Translations under genes and position numbers: made by a program
Shown here: positions 21,350 to 33,880 of the stretch, one piece after another
Layout of the letters: each line of letters begins with the position of its first letter
Numbering within the stretch: the first letter of the stretch is position 1
Assembly (NCBI GenBank): GCA_943704425.1
Contig: CALSCP010000086.1
Coordinates: 1-43,120, forward strand
Direction of reading: 5' to 3'
DNA length: 43,120 nucleotides
Source: Ministeria vibrans ATCC 50519
Taxonomy: Eukaryota > Protista > Filasterea
Notes under the pieces: generated by a model
Told to the model about the DNA's origin: nothing
Database searches by the model: none
What the model saw: the letters and a program-made list of their open reading frames with translations, nothing else

Positions 21350-22358
21350 CTATTCGCCAGTGTAGACGGGCTGACGTTTCTCGCGAAACGACGCGAGACC
21401 CTCGAGACGGTCCTTGGTGGGAATCACCTGGGCATAGCAGAGTTGCTCAATGGCCAGGCCCGACGCCAGATCCGTCTCAATGCCTCGGTTGATGGCCACC
21501 TTGGCCATGCGCGTGGCCACTGGTCCCTTGCGCGCAATCGTCATCGCAAGGTCCTCGGCAACGCCTAGCGCCGTCTCCCCGAGATCCTCATTGGGCACAC
21601 GGTCCACCAGACCGATGGCTTGTGCCTCCTTCACTTGCACCGTGCGCCCCGTGAATGTCATCTCCTTGGCACGCGACAGACCAACCAGTCGCGGCAGTCG
21701 TTGTGTTCCGCCCGCACTGCCGAGAAATCAAAAGAGAGAGAAAAGAAAACCCCCAAAACACATAAATTTGCGTGCTTGCTTGTTTGTGTCTCTGTGCGTG
21801 TGTACATACCCAGGGATGATAGCGAGGTTGGTCTCAGGCAGCGCAAAGCGTGCATTCGAGTCGGCGACGCGCAGATCGCAGGCGATGGCAAGTTCGCACC
21901 CGCCGCCAACGGCAGCGCCCGAGACCACCGCAATGGTGGGCACGGGGAGCTCGGCGAGTTGCGTAAAGGTCGACCTGAGCAGGTGAACAAACTCGGCGAC
22001 CTCGGGCGGGGCCATGGCGGCGCGTTCCTTGAGGTCGGCGCCCGCGCAGAAGACAGAGGCGGAGCTGGAGAGGATCAGCGCTCGAACCGACGGATCAAAG
22101 TGCGCCTGTCGCACCGCAGCCTGCAGCTTGCTCAGGAGCGACGCTGACAATGCATTGCGTGCCTTGGGCCGGTTCAACACGACGTGGAAGACGCCGTGCT
22201 CGTCCAGGCGCTGCTCAACTTCCTGCACACAGTCACTGATCAAGCGTTTTTTTGATCAATTGCCCTCTCTCGCTTACAGTCTCTCCAGACGCTTGGGAGC
22301 TCATTGTTCGTTGGCTAGCAAGGCGCCACACGCCGGCGCGACTAATTCGAGCGAGCAT
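21350..22358 (-). CDS. AUH: Methylglutaconyl-CoA hydratase (crotonase family), mitochondrial
   Basis: Exons 22358-22278, 22222-21810 and 21716-21350. Arg-rich presequence [21 protein letters not shown]. Motifs [36 protein letters not shown]|[10 protein letters not shown], and the AUH-like C-terminus [33 protein letters not shown]. Confidence 0.88.
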
Positions 22359-22592
22359 ATTTAGTCACAAAGAAGTTACAAAGAACTGAATGAATTTATA
22401 TTTTATTCGTGGTTGGTTCATGCAAATGATCAAATGTGAGAGGGTCGCAAAAACGAAATCGAAACATCAATGCGCATGCCAGAGTACTCGCGACTCAGTC
22501 GCGAGCGAGACAGCGAGTATGAATAACGGTGTGAAGGGAGTGAATAGTGATGCTTCATCATTGTAATCTGCATTACTCTTTTTTCGTTTGTC

Positions 22593-22932
22593 ATGTCGCG
22601 GGGACTCCATTATGGAACACTCGACGGAGTCCCTTTAGTGCCCAACACGGTTGCACAGCGGCAAAGTGAACAGATGGTGAGGCAACACAAGGCTCGTTTT
22701 TTCGTGTGTCGTGTTGGGTCGACATCGCGAACTTCCCCCAACGGCTGTTTCGCTCTCACGCTGGCCCAGTGCACTCATTCCCTCTCTCCTGTGCATCCTT
22801 ACAGCGTGCCTGGGCTGGTGATTTCCCGCACCCGGGGGCTGCGTGGAGTGCTGCCCGCATCAAGGCAGACATGGCCGCAACATTTGACAAGCTCAAAGTT
22901 GCTCGCTTGCGTCTTCAAACACACCTCGACGA
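22593..22932 (+). CDS. 5' fragment (two exons) of an unidentified protein
   Basis: ATG exon 22593-22676 (donor gtgagg), acceptor at 22803-22804, exon 22805-22932 (donor gtaagt): MSRGLHYGTLDGVPLVPNTVAQRQSEQM|RAWAGDFPHPGAAWSAARIKADMAATFDKLKVARLRLQTHLD. No continuation before the poly-T. Confidence 0.55.
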
Positions 22933-23012
22933 GTAAGTCGTGCTGCTCTTCTGTTGAACTACATCTATCTCTACTCGGTTCTGTCGCTGGTGTACATGGT
23001 GGTGACGGACGT

Positions 23013-23013
<1 letters not shown>

Positions 23014-23043
<30 letters not shown>
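23014..23043. repeat. Poly-T (30 nt); probable assembly junction
   Basis: Two incomplete genes on opposite strands both run into this tract from within introns. Confidence 0.9.
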
Positions 23044-23044
<1 letters not shown>

Positions 23045-23068
23045 GAGAGGATGGTAGAGCTCACGTAC

Positions 23069-23436
23069 GCCAACAATGACCAAGGGCTGTCCGGCAAAAA
23101 GCGCAAAGATACTCCCAGTGACGGCGGTCGAAAGAATCACCTCAACATTGCCATAGTGTCGTTGAGTTTCGTTGGTCAAATACTCACCTGCAAACACATC
23201 CGTGTTAGTCAATCAGAACATTACGCGTCGTCCGTACCAAAGGTGAGGCCAGGAAGGATCGAGGCAAAGAACATAAAGAGAGCGGAAGCGATGATCTTGC
23301 GGTCAAAGCCATCCTTGAAGTCGCTAATATAGAACGGCAGCTTGCGCTTCAGGTCCTTGTAAACACCCTCGAAAATGCGCATCTTCTTCATGTCCTCCCG
23401 AGGGTTTTCCGCGGTATCAAGCTCAGGGTTTGTCAT
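23069..23436 (-). CDS. SLC4/BOR1-family anion (bicarbonate/borate) transporter, 5' exons only
   Basis: Exons 23436-23238 and 23187-23069: GVYKDLKRKLPFYISDFKDG...IASALFMFFASILPGLTFG|EYL...EVILSTAVTGSIFALFAGQPLVIVG. This is the start of the HCO3_cotransp domain. An upstream exon is possible. Confidence 0.88.
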
Positions 23437-24415
23437 ATCTGAAACGATGACAAGAGTCCGGCCACACTACACAAACAAGAAAATTCCGATTCAAAATTTG
23501 ACATGCAGAAAAAAAAAAAGAAAAAAAAAAAGAGCAAATTTTTGGGTCATTCGCGGCGTGGATCCACGACTGGCGCAACGGGGAAGGGTTAGGAAATGGT
23601 TGTACGAGTGCGGTGCGGGCCAGACAGAGCGGAAGACGCGAGAAACTGTTTGGTGTTTGGGAAAGCAAACACTCAAGTGCGTCGGGCGTGTTGCAAGTGG
23701 GGCGCCACGACCCGCTGTGCGCATCACCACTACAAGCAAGCACCATCAAATACCAGGCGTCGCATGGCGCCAAAAATGGGAGGCAGCCAAGCGTAAAGAT
23801 GATCAGTGCAAAAGAGGCAAATCACAGCACACACGACGAGAGGGAAGGCCGCGCACGCTCTCCCGCTGACTCAGAGCAATTCTATCAACTCGCTACTCAC
23901 AACGGAGTGCTCCCCGGAAGCTCCGTCAGGCAAACTTGAAGAAATGCCAAATAATGTTCGGAAACAAGAACCCCCCCCCCGTAAAGCCATTGACACAACT
24001 CCACTCCACACACAAGGGTGCATGAATTCACACCTTGAAACTAACCCCTGTTCTCTATGAACGAACCGAACAAGATGAAAAAGTGAAGTGAAACTCAAGG
24101 TGAGATTACTACTGATAAGAATGTGATTATGAAAGACTTTTTCTACTCACTTTCTACTATCAAAATAAAACGGTTTGCTCATTGATACGAAACATATTGA
24201 CGTACACTCATCTTGTCATCTCGTGGGTCTATCAGTGGGTCTATGGGCTTCTTTCGGGACATTATCGCCTAGATTCTAGAGTGATTCTAGAAGTCTAGGG
24301 CGAAAAGTATCGCTGCTTTGACTTTTGAGTTTGTTTTGACAAATGACATTTCATTAATTCATTTTATTTTTCTTCTACTGCTGCATTTGATCCCACATCG
24401 CTTGATACTACAATC

Positions 24416-26547
24416 ATGGCTGTGCGATCCAATGCCGTACGCCGAAACTATCATAAAACTTTCCTTTTCATCCCTTATCTTCCCTCTCTGTCTCTCTCTG
24501 TCTCTGTCTCGCTCTCTCTCTCCCTCTTTCCATCCCCTCCCCCTCTCCCTTCCTCCCCTACCCTGCCTATCTATGCACCCTTACGCCGCCTGTCATCTCT
24601 TTGCGCAACTCGCCTCAATTGAAACACACCAACTCAACATTGTCCCCCATCGTAGGTGGAAGAACTGCACGTTGGCGACTCGATCGCGCTCTTCTCTGAG
24701 AGCGGTCGAGGCGAACAAGGTGGCTATATCTTCTCAGCCGAGTAAGATGCGTATCTTTTTTTGAACATACACAAAAAAAAAAAAAAAAAAAAAAAGCGAA
24801 GAAAGAGAAGAAAAAAAAAAAGTATGTCTCCATTTTAAGAAAATCCTTCGCTTGTTTGTGACAGGTCTTTGAACCCAAAGCTCGTGGTGCAGAAGGAGAG
24901 CGGGCCCCAGCCGGCCAAGAACCCGTTGTTCGACAACATTCAAGGTGAGTGCCTCGCGACTCTTTTTTGCCCTTGAGCACTGCCCACAACCAAACCTAAA
25001 CGAGTCGCTCAGATCCCCTTCTCCAATGCCCTCCTCCTTACCACCCAACCCGTTGATCTCGCCCCATCACCGCCCCCGCCCCCCTCGTCTCCCTCCCCCG
25101 TCCACTTGTCGCAGACTCACAGCCCATTCCTAAATACTAATACACCTCTTTACTCTTCCTCGCGCGATGCTAAAAAAAGAACCAATACCAAAAAAAAAAA
25201 AAAAAAAAAAAACATTACGCCCTTGCCGCCTTCGCACTGGTGTATTCTTCGCGTTCTCCCCGTGGTTCTGTCAATTTCTTCAATGGTTACGCCCTTCGCC
25301 TTCGATGTCGCCGCGCAAGCGTCCATAACCGCCGTATTGCGCCGGTTTTTGGTCTGTTTCGTTTTTGGCTGATGATGAAAGCAAAGTTTTACAATCATCG
25401 CTTTGCTCTCTATAGTGTGTACGTTTGAGGTGTTTGTGCCCCAAAAGTATCGACGACATCGTGAGGCGTACAGGAAACGCCTAGAGTTCGATCGAGCAAA
25501 GCAAGATCTGGAGGTATTTCATATCTTGTCAATTCAGTCTTGTGTGTGTTAAAACGGATATTAATTTATTGCTTGATTTTTTTTTGTTGTATGTGTGTGT
25601 GTCACAGACCATGATCGCCATGAAGGCCATGCAAACAGATCAGGTACGTTGCGCATTCTAAAGAAGTTCATTTTCAAACAATTCTCGTTTGCCCGTTGTT
25701 TGTAGCCAAAGTCCCAGCAGCTGTACGAGTCACAGCCGGACGAGATGGAAATGTCTACCTTTGCCAACAGTCGTTCCAAACTCGCGGGACGCGGTGACCG
25801 CTCGGTTATCATGCCAGCGCACAAGGTCACCAACGAGGCGTTGCGCTACAAGGAAGAGCTAGTCGAAATGCTCAAGAACGACGTTCTCTCGCTCGAGGCG
25901 CAAGCTAAACAGGACGACCAGGACAACATTTTCGAGCAGGGCCGTCAGCGTGGCAAGCCCGTTGTCTACGGTCAGATCATTCAGCTGCGCCATACCTTTT
26001 CGAATGCGTTCATCAAGGCGAGCACCAACAAAACATCCGAACTCGAGTACAACAGCATGTCGGTGACGCTCGATCGCAAGAGCGACTCGCGCTGCTACTT
26101 TCGCGTCATGCCCCGCTACAAGGTCCGTGCCGTTGGCGAGTCTGTTCGCATCGGTGATCACATCATCCTCGAATCCACCAAGTTTCGTGGTCAATTCCTT
26201 CACAAGTCCCTTCTTATCTTCAACGACCCCATGAACCTCAACCACATGTGCTTTGAGATCAACCTCAGCACCCAAGCATCCGGCTTCACCCTCGCCTCCC
26301 ACTCCAGCTACAATCGCTCCCGCGGTGACCAACTCCTTGTCAAAGGCGGTGATGTCATTCGTCTCTTTCACAAGGAAGTTGAAGGTTTTCTCGGCGGTGA
26401 CGGTGCCTACAAAACTTTTGTGCATGGAGCGGTAAGAAGATTTTTGATTGTTTCATTTTCTTCAAGTACTCTTCCTAATTCTCTCCTTTTTTTTCTTCTC
26501 CTTTCTCTCTCTGTCTCTTTATCCCTTTTTTCTCTTCTTTCTCTCTC

Positions 26548-26587
<40 letters not shown>

Positions 26588-28641
26588 CTTTTTCTTTTTT
26601 CTCTCCTTTCTCTCTCCCCTTTCACCCTTTCTCTGCCTTTGTTTCTTTTTTCCTCCTTTCTGTATTCAGGTTGCTGACGGTGGTGTCAGTGGCAACGAAG
26701 TCTTTTTGCACTCGCCTAACGACTTCCACGCCAAGAGCAAGTCGCGCGTCGCCTTCAACAATGCTCTCGTCTTCTGGCAGGTTATAGTCAGCGAGGCGTC
26801 CATCCAAGGTACCGACATCTCATGGAACACTCGCATTCGTCTGCGCCACTTCCAGTCCAAGCTTTTCCTTTGCGTCAGCGACGATGGTCGGGTTTCCATG
26901 AAAAAGTCGCCCACCGCCACCGAGTCCGTCTTCCTCTTCTACCCCATGGGTCAGACCTCGACCGACGTGACCGAACGCTCAGACTTGCGCATTCGTCACT
27001 TTGCCACCAAGCTCTACCTGCACGCCAGTCCCACTGGAAGTGACTCCACCGGCGCTCTTTCGGACCGCCCGTTGCTCCGCCACGAAAACGCCACCTATAC
27101 GCGTCTGCTCACCAACAAGGAGATGGTGTACAAAGATGTGTTCGCCGTCACACGCGTAGAGGAATCCGTCATTGCCGATGCCAACTTCATCTTCGGCTTC
27201 CTCCCTATCTTCAACCAGTTCCGCGACCACTACGGCAGCCCCGGCCAGATCCGCACGACTTCCACCAATCCTGTTGAGACCCTCGCTTGTCGTCGACTCC
27301 GCGAACCCCTCGTCGAGGCACTCACGCAACTCGAAGAGTTCCTCGTCGAAGACATTGGTGACGACGGCGTCAAGAAAAAGTCGTCGTCGACCAACAGCAC
27401 CGAGCGGTTGCCCATCGAGTCGCGCCAGGACCTCATGCGCCACTTGGGTGTCCTCGACGTCTTCATTTCCATCATGCACGCGCCCTTTCAACTTGACATC
27501 CGCACACTCGACCAGCTCAACGCCGAGGCTCGCAGCTCCCCTGACAAGTTAGGTGCCTACAAGACATTCGCGCAGGTCGCCAGGTGGGCCAAGAGCGACT
27601 ACATGTTCTACGAGAATGACAACACGCTCAATCCTATTGCGCCCAATGATCCGGCCGAGTTCAAGCCGCTGTGGGATCGCATCTTGCACGTCATGCGAAA
27701 TTGCGTCTCCAACAACAACGTCGGTAGCAAGCTCTTCATCTCGTCCTCGTCGCGCACCCTCGCCGTCCTCCAAATGCTCATCTTCTTCCTCAAGATTGAT
27801 TTTGCTCTTGCCGTCATCAAGGAACTCGTCGACGACAACCGCGAGGTGCTGGAACTTCTCATCGACAACGGCTCGCTCGACTTCTTCTTCTGCATTCAGC
27901 GTCGTCACTTGCGCGAGGCCAAAGCCGACTTTCATTTCCTCGAGATCCTCACCGTCTTCTGCGTTTGCAACGACCTCGCTGTGCGTCGTGGTCAGACCAT
28001 CATCATGGATCGCCTCTTCAACACCATTCAGGGCGAGGCGGGCTCGCTCCAGCCCTACGAACACACCGACGCTGACAGCCGTCTTATCTACGAGATGGTC
28101 TTTCGCGAAGGCATCAACGAGATCACCATTGTACTCAACCCCGAGGCTCCCGGATTCTCCCTTGCCGGCACGCCCCTTGTTGACCTTGCCAAGGGCGCTG
28201 CCGGTGTGGGCAGCGTTGGCAAGAACGAAGACATGGCCAGCCAAATTGAGTACTTCACCTTCCAACTGAAACTCTTCGAGGCACTCTGTCGCGGTCGAAA
28301 CGACAAGGCCATCGAAATTGTGCGACAGCGCTATGTCAACTGGCAGCAGATCGTGTGGATGATGAATCAGGACGATGAGTCCCAGGGTATCCCCGACAAC
28401 CTCCGTGCCATGTACTCGCGTCTCCTTGTCGTTCTCGAAGTGGACGTGGGCGCAAACTACCCCGAGTTTGACCCTCTTCAACCGCGTCTCATCTACGATT
28501 GGAACACCGACGAGTACCCCGCCAAGATTCCCCAGTACGCCCACCTCGGAAACCACACCAAGATCCCCGACAGTGCTCTCAAGAGTCTCCAGTGCAACTA
28601 CTCCATTACCGGCGTTCACTGTCGTTTCTTTGTCGAGGTAA

Positions 28642-28683
<42 letters not shown>

Positions 28684-31600
28684 TTTATTTATTTATTATT
28701 ATAATTATTTTTATTATTATTTAATTTATTTTTGTTCAATTTTAACTCTTTTGTTTTTTATTTCTCGTTTCGTGTGTGTATGTCTGTAGCTGCATGACTT
28801 CTTTTACACCAAGTTTTGTCCGTACTACGAGAAGATCAAGATGGACACAGACTCGCAGGACAACACATCGCGCTTTGTGTTTGTCTTTTCGGTCCTTGAG
28901 ATTATTCGCACGTTTGTCTCGCTCGGCTACTACTACGTGTACAGCACGACGGCGATTGAAGACCAAGCGGGCATGCCCGCCGAAGATGGGCATTTGCTTG
29001 AAGGTCGTTCCAACTGGAAGCCCCTCAAGGAGCTCGTCGCGTCCATTTTCACCGTCTTCGTGCCTATTTCCGAGGCTGAGAAGAAGCGCGAGAAGGAACT
29101 CACGCTGCGCCTGAAGAACGCCAACTCGCGTACCCTTCACGTGCGTGCCGACGTCAAGTACCAGGCATTGCGCATCGTTGAGCTTCTCATTGCTTACCAG
29201 CGTCGTGTCACTCTCATGCGCTACATCATTGACTTCAAGTCCATGTACCTGCGCTCCAAGTATCGCAAGACACTTGACGACGAGCTACATGGTGCTCAAG
29301 ACGCCATCGTCGACAAGAGCGCCGAGCCCATGCCCACCCTTCTGTTGGACACGGTCAAGGCGGAGAGTGCCAGCCGTCGCTCGCGCAATCGCATGAACAC
29401 CGAAGACCGCTACCGTCTGCCGCGTCTCCCTGACCCCAGCCTTGCTGCCAAGTACCTGCTGTCCGCCGAGCGTGGCATTCACGACTACACTGAGTACCTT
29501 GGGTTCTGCTCGCAACGCTTCCAGATTCCCGACATTATGGACGTGCTGCTGGACACGGCCGAAGAGCCCAACTCGGGCAACCTCACTGTGCTCGCGCTCG
29601 ACGTCCTGCGTCGTCACTGCGATCGTCTTGCGACCCTTTTCGACACTGCCACCGCCGTGCAGGTTGCCGTCGCGCCTAGCAGTGTTGCCGTGCGTAATGC
29701 CATACGTCGCAACCGCGTGCACATGCGCAAGCTCGTTGCCACCCAGATCACTCCCGTCGAGGCACAGGATCTCCAGCACATTCTCTCCGAGTTCACTTCG
29801 CTCTGTCTGCTCAATGGCCGTGCTCGCCGCAACTGCCAGGACATCATTGTCAATGGGCATGTGCACACCCAAGTACTTTCGATTCTCTCCAAGCAAATCG
29901 ATCGTGACATGTTAGTGGGCAGCGACGCCATGCTTGATGCCTTCCGCAGCTGTCTGCGCCTTCTGCGTGTCGTCTGCCAGAACAACGCTGGCATCCAAAG
30001 CAAGATTTTTGAGTCGTTGGACTTCCTTCTCGACCCCAGTAGTTGCCAGGCGCCCCACACCCCTGAGCTTATCGATGATCTTTCGCGCACCGTCATGGAA
30101 ATCTTCCGCAACAACACGGTGTTGTCGCTCGACGTGCGCCGCGACCAGATTCAAACTATTGTTTTGATTCTGTCCACTTTCCATCGTCGTCGCTTTGGCG
30201 ACAGTCCTTCGCTGGCTGCCACGAGCGGTCGCAAGCTAGACTCGTCGCTTGCCGCAGGCCTCCTTGACACCATGCTTGCGTTTGTCAAGGTCGACGGTCT
30301 TCCCGTACCGCGCAACCAGAACTACGTCGTACAGTACTTTATGAAGCATGAGGAACTCCTCTTTTTGCTGTATCGCGACGAGTCGGCCTCCACCAACAAC
30401 CAGCAGGCACGCCTGAAAATGCTTCGTGTCGACAAGAATCTCACGAGCAACAAGCTGCCAACCGAGGTGGAGTTCCACGTCAAGCTGGTCGATTTGCTCG
30501 CGACCTGTGTCGAGGGTGAGAATCGCTTTATCGAGTCTATTTGCAAGAAGATCTACTCCATCAAGAGTCTCCTTGTGGTTTTGCTTGATCAGAACACGGC
30601 GATGTGCATCAAGCGTGTCTACTTGCGCTTCCTCCTCACCGTGTACATGTCGCCGAGCAGCGCGCGCGACGATGTCGCCCTACAAAAGTTTGTGCGCAGC
30701 CGTGAAATGGGCGAGCTGATTAGCCGCGTGTGCATTTGCAGCATGCAAGACTATGTGGGTCTTATGCTCGAGGATCTGGTGACGGGACCACTCGAGAGCA
30801 GTCCCGTCGACTCGGACTCGATGTCGCCCAAGGAGGCCATGGCGATGGATCTGCGTGCACTCGTTCAGGACGCGATTTTGCCCTTTATCGAGCTCTACTA
30901 CCGCGCCTACTACACGTCGCTGCGCACCGACAGCAATGGTCGTCGTCGCGATGTCACTGCCGCGTCGCTTCCGCCCCCAATTGAGCTGGTGGACGAGTCG
31001 GGGGCCGCGAACATTAGCAGTGGTCTCGAGGAGTTTGTCGACGAGGTAGACGTGGCCTTGGTCGACCGGATTCTCCTGGAATCGCTACAGTGTCTCAAGA
31101 ACGCCATTGCACGCATCAAGCGACTCAGCGAGGAGTCGGGTATGACAACCGAGCTTGCGCAGGAGGTGAAAACGCTGCGCGCCTGCTACCTCACTCTGTC
31201 GCGTGCCGACTTGAGCCCCGACACGGGTGCGGCTGACTCGAACCTCGAGCACGAGGCGTCACAGTCGGCCTTTGAGGCTGGTGCGTCTCGATCGGCGTAC
31301 GCGCGTGATATCAGTCACGAAGAGGATCTGTTGAAGCTCGAGGCCATGGTCAACGAGGAGCTCAACATGGGCGTAACTATTATGGCTGAGTCGCTGTACA
31401 ACAGCAACCATGAGTTCCATCTGTGTGCCCATGTCAATGACCGCATCCAGAGCAGCAACGAGGACGACACCGACCTGGTCGAGTCGTCGGCGCTCCAGTC
31501 TGTCTTTGGCGAGCGCCTCTTCAAGTCCAAGAAAGCCGTTGGTGACCTCGACTGCCCCTACTTTCCGCACAAGGGCTTTGGCGGTGTCGAGGTGCGCGAC

Positions 31601-33631
31601 ACGCTTCCGCGCGGTGGCGAATTCCAGACGCATGTGCACCTCTTCCTGGACGGCGAGTCTTTTGACGAGGGCAAGCCACCGCTGGGCCAGCTCATTGCGC
31701 CCACCACCAAGATTCGCTGCCAGGTGCTCGTGCGTCAGCTGAGCATTTCGCTGCGTGACATTAACGACCGCAACGCAGACGATCTTGACTGCAAGACACT
31801 CCAACTGATGCGTGGCATTTTGCAGCGTCAACGTTGTGCGCTTCCGCTGCGCAGCACCACCGAAACTTCCATGGGCGAGCCAGAGTGGAATGAAGTGCGC
31901 AACATCCAAGTGGTGCTTGCGCGCAACCAGGCAGCCGACGTCGCCTTGCGCATGTTGTGCTCGTCGCGCGACCGCGTCATTCACGAGTCGCTGCTGCTCC
32001 TTATTGCACTTCTTGAGGGTGGCAACAAGGTGGTACAGGGGTCTGTGCAGCACTACATGGACCGAACGCACGACGACACCTTCCTGCAGCGCATCCGCGA
32101 GGAGCTCCAGAACACGTTTGCCAAGATTCGCGAACGTCGCGATTTCCTCAACAAGATCACGGAGGAGGGCGAGGAGATGGACCGCGCGCAGACAATGAAT
32201 ACTTTGACGCGTCACTCGCTGCGTGGCTCGGTCAAAGACATTGACGATATGCTCAAGGACGACGAATCAATGCATAGCGAGATGCAGGAACACCGTCGCA
32301 AGCAGCAGGAGTCAGAGCGTCTCGAGCAGATCGAGGACAACACCTATTTGCGTTCCATTCTGCGCTTTCTTCAGCTTCTTTGCGAGGGTCACCATCGCCA
32401 GTTGCAGGACTACATGCGCACCCAGTGGGAGAATCCGGCCAGCGTGAACATGGTGCGCGAGACGGTCGCCTGTCTCCACCAAGCGTGCTCGGTCACGAGT
32501 GATTTCCGCGAGTTCGGTCTGCCTAATGCGCTGCAGCTTTTCGAGACCCTCGTTGAGTTTTGTCAAGGCAACCAAGAGAACCAACGTGAGGTGTTTGACG
32601 CTCAGGCGGTAGAGTGCGTCAACTTTATTCTCACGTACAATGCGTTTGAGACGAGTGACGAACTTGAACAGCTGTCGGCGGGCAAGCTGGGTGCGGTCAA
32701 ACTTGTTCTGTCCATGCTCGAGGACAGCAACGAAGCGGCCGACCGTCTCGCCAAGGACCTCATGTCGACGCTCGATCTTCCCGCGCTCTACGACACCATG
32801 AACCGCGCCTACTACTTTGAGCACTTTTTCAAGTGGTTTTCGTCGCGTGACCAAGACGACCTCTTTTCATCTGGCGACGAAATGTCCACGCTGATGCACC
32901 TCGGCTTCAACTCCTACCGCGTCTTTGCGCGCCTCGAGGACATCAACAGCGCTGCGTACGCCGTCGTCATGAAAAACCACATGCTCATCAACGACTTCTC
33001 GCTGTACACGTCGGGGCAGAACCACCCTCAGTTGCATGTGTCGTTTGATGGTGCCGAGACCCGCGCCATTGAGAGCAACACCGACACCCTTGGCAGTGGC
33101 GCAAAGGACAAGGACGGGCTTGAGGATGAGTCTAATGAATTTGGCGGCCGTACCCGTGACGATGCAGTCGAGGACCAGATGGCCCGCTACATGGCACAGT
33201 CCGACAAGTTGATTGCGGAAGCCTTTACTCACAAGTATGGTGTTTTTGTTGTTGCTGTTTTTCATTTGGTGTGCTTTCTTTTTGACTAAAATAATCTTTT
33301 TTTTTTTTTGCGTTAATTCAGAGTGCGACCGGATGAGACTGGTATCAAGAATGACGCGTCGCGCCAGGAGACACGTCTTCGATCGTTCAGGGCCTTCCTC
33401 ATGACCATGAAGAACTCGGGCCAGGTGAACCGTTGGGACACCGAGTACGACCGCTACATCTTCTTCCACCTCAAGAGTGCGTCCATTGAGTTTCTCAGCG
33501 AAAACCGCGAGTTGCAAAAGGCTTACTTCCCACTCCCGTCGCAACCTCTGCCCAACCGTGTGCAAGAATCTCTTCTTTGGTCCGTCGATCGCACTTCGCC
33601 CACTGACAAGATTCGTGATTTCATGAAAAAG
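24416..33631 (+). CDS. ITPR: Inositol 1,4,5-trisphosphate receptor-family protein (about 2590 aa in window; C-terminal channel domain missing)
   Basis: Nine phase-consistent exons: 24416-24436, 24656-24741, 24865-24944, 25416-25513, 25608-25643, 25706-26431, 26670-28637, 28790-33234, 33322-33631. Suppressor/MIR motifs LHVGDSIALF, VVYGQIIQLRH, FRVMPRYKVRAVGESVRIGD, KGGDVIRLFHKE. RIH motifs RQDLMR, LCRGRN, LLATCVEGEN. RIH-associated ILRFLQLLCEGHHRQLQDYMRTQ and LVEFCQGNQENQ. Confidence 0.92.
28641..28725. repeat. (ATT)n microsatellite in an ITPR intron
   Basis: ATT run immediately after the donor at 28638. Confidence 0.9.
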
Positions 33632-33688
33632 GTACACTCACGAACTTACCATGTGTGCACAATCAACAAGAGCGCGTCTCAAACTGTC

Positions 33689-33794
<106 letters not shown>

Positions 33795-33880
33795 CGTTGA
33801 ACTGAACTCGGGTCGTTTTGTCTTTTTGTCTTTTTGTCGTTTTGTCTTTTTGTATTCATCCTTCTTTGTTTCGTTTGAAG

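Noticed and set aside
118-22358. Lipid-metabolism gene cluster (LPCAT, EXPERA, MAGL-like, AUH)
   Set aside because: Different pathways, interrupted by unrelated genes and a probable mis-join; likely coincidence.
23490-24100. Short ORFs upstream of the SLC4 gene
   Set aside because: No recognisable domain or consistent exon chain; could be UTR or upstream exons but cannot be supported.
25150-25398. Nested minus-strand ORF or snoRNA in ITPR intron 3
   Set aside because: The short ORF runs through poly-T with no homology cues. A TGATGA box-C-like word is present but no matching box D or terminal stem was found.
551-33631. RTK and IP3R as a linked RTK-PLC-IP3-Ca2+ signalling cluster
   Set aside because: Two probable mis-joins lie between them, eukaryotic neighbours are rarely functionally clustered, and this IP3R appears to lack IP3-binding residues.
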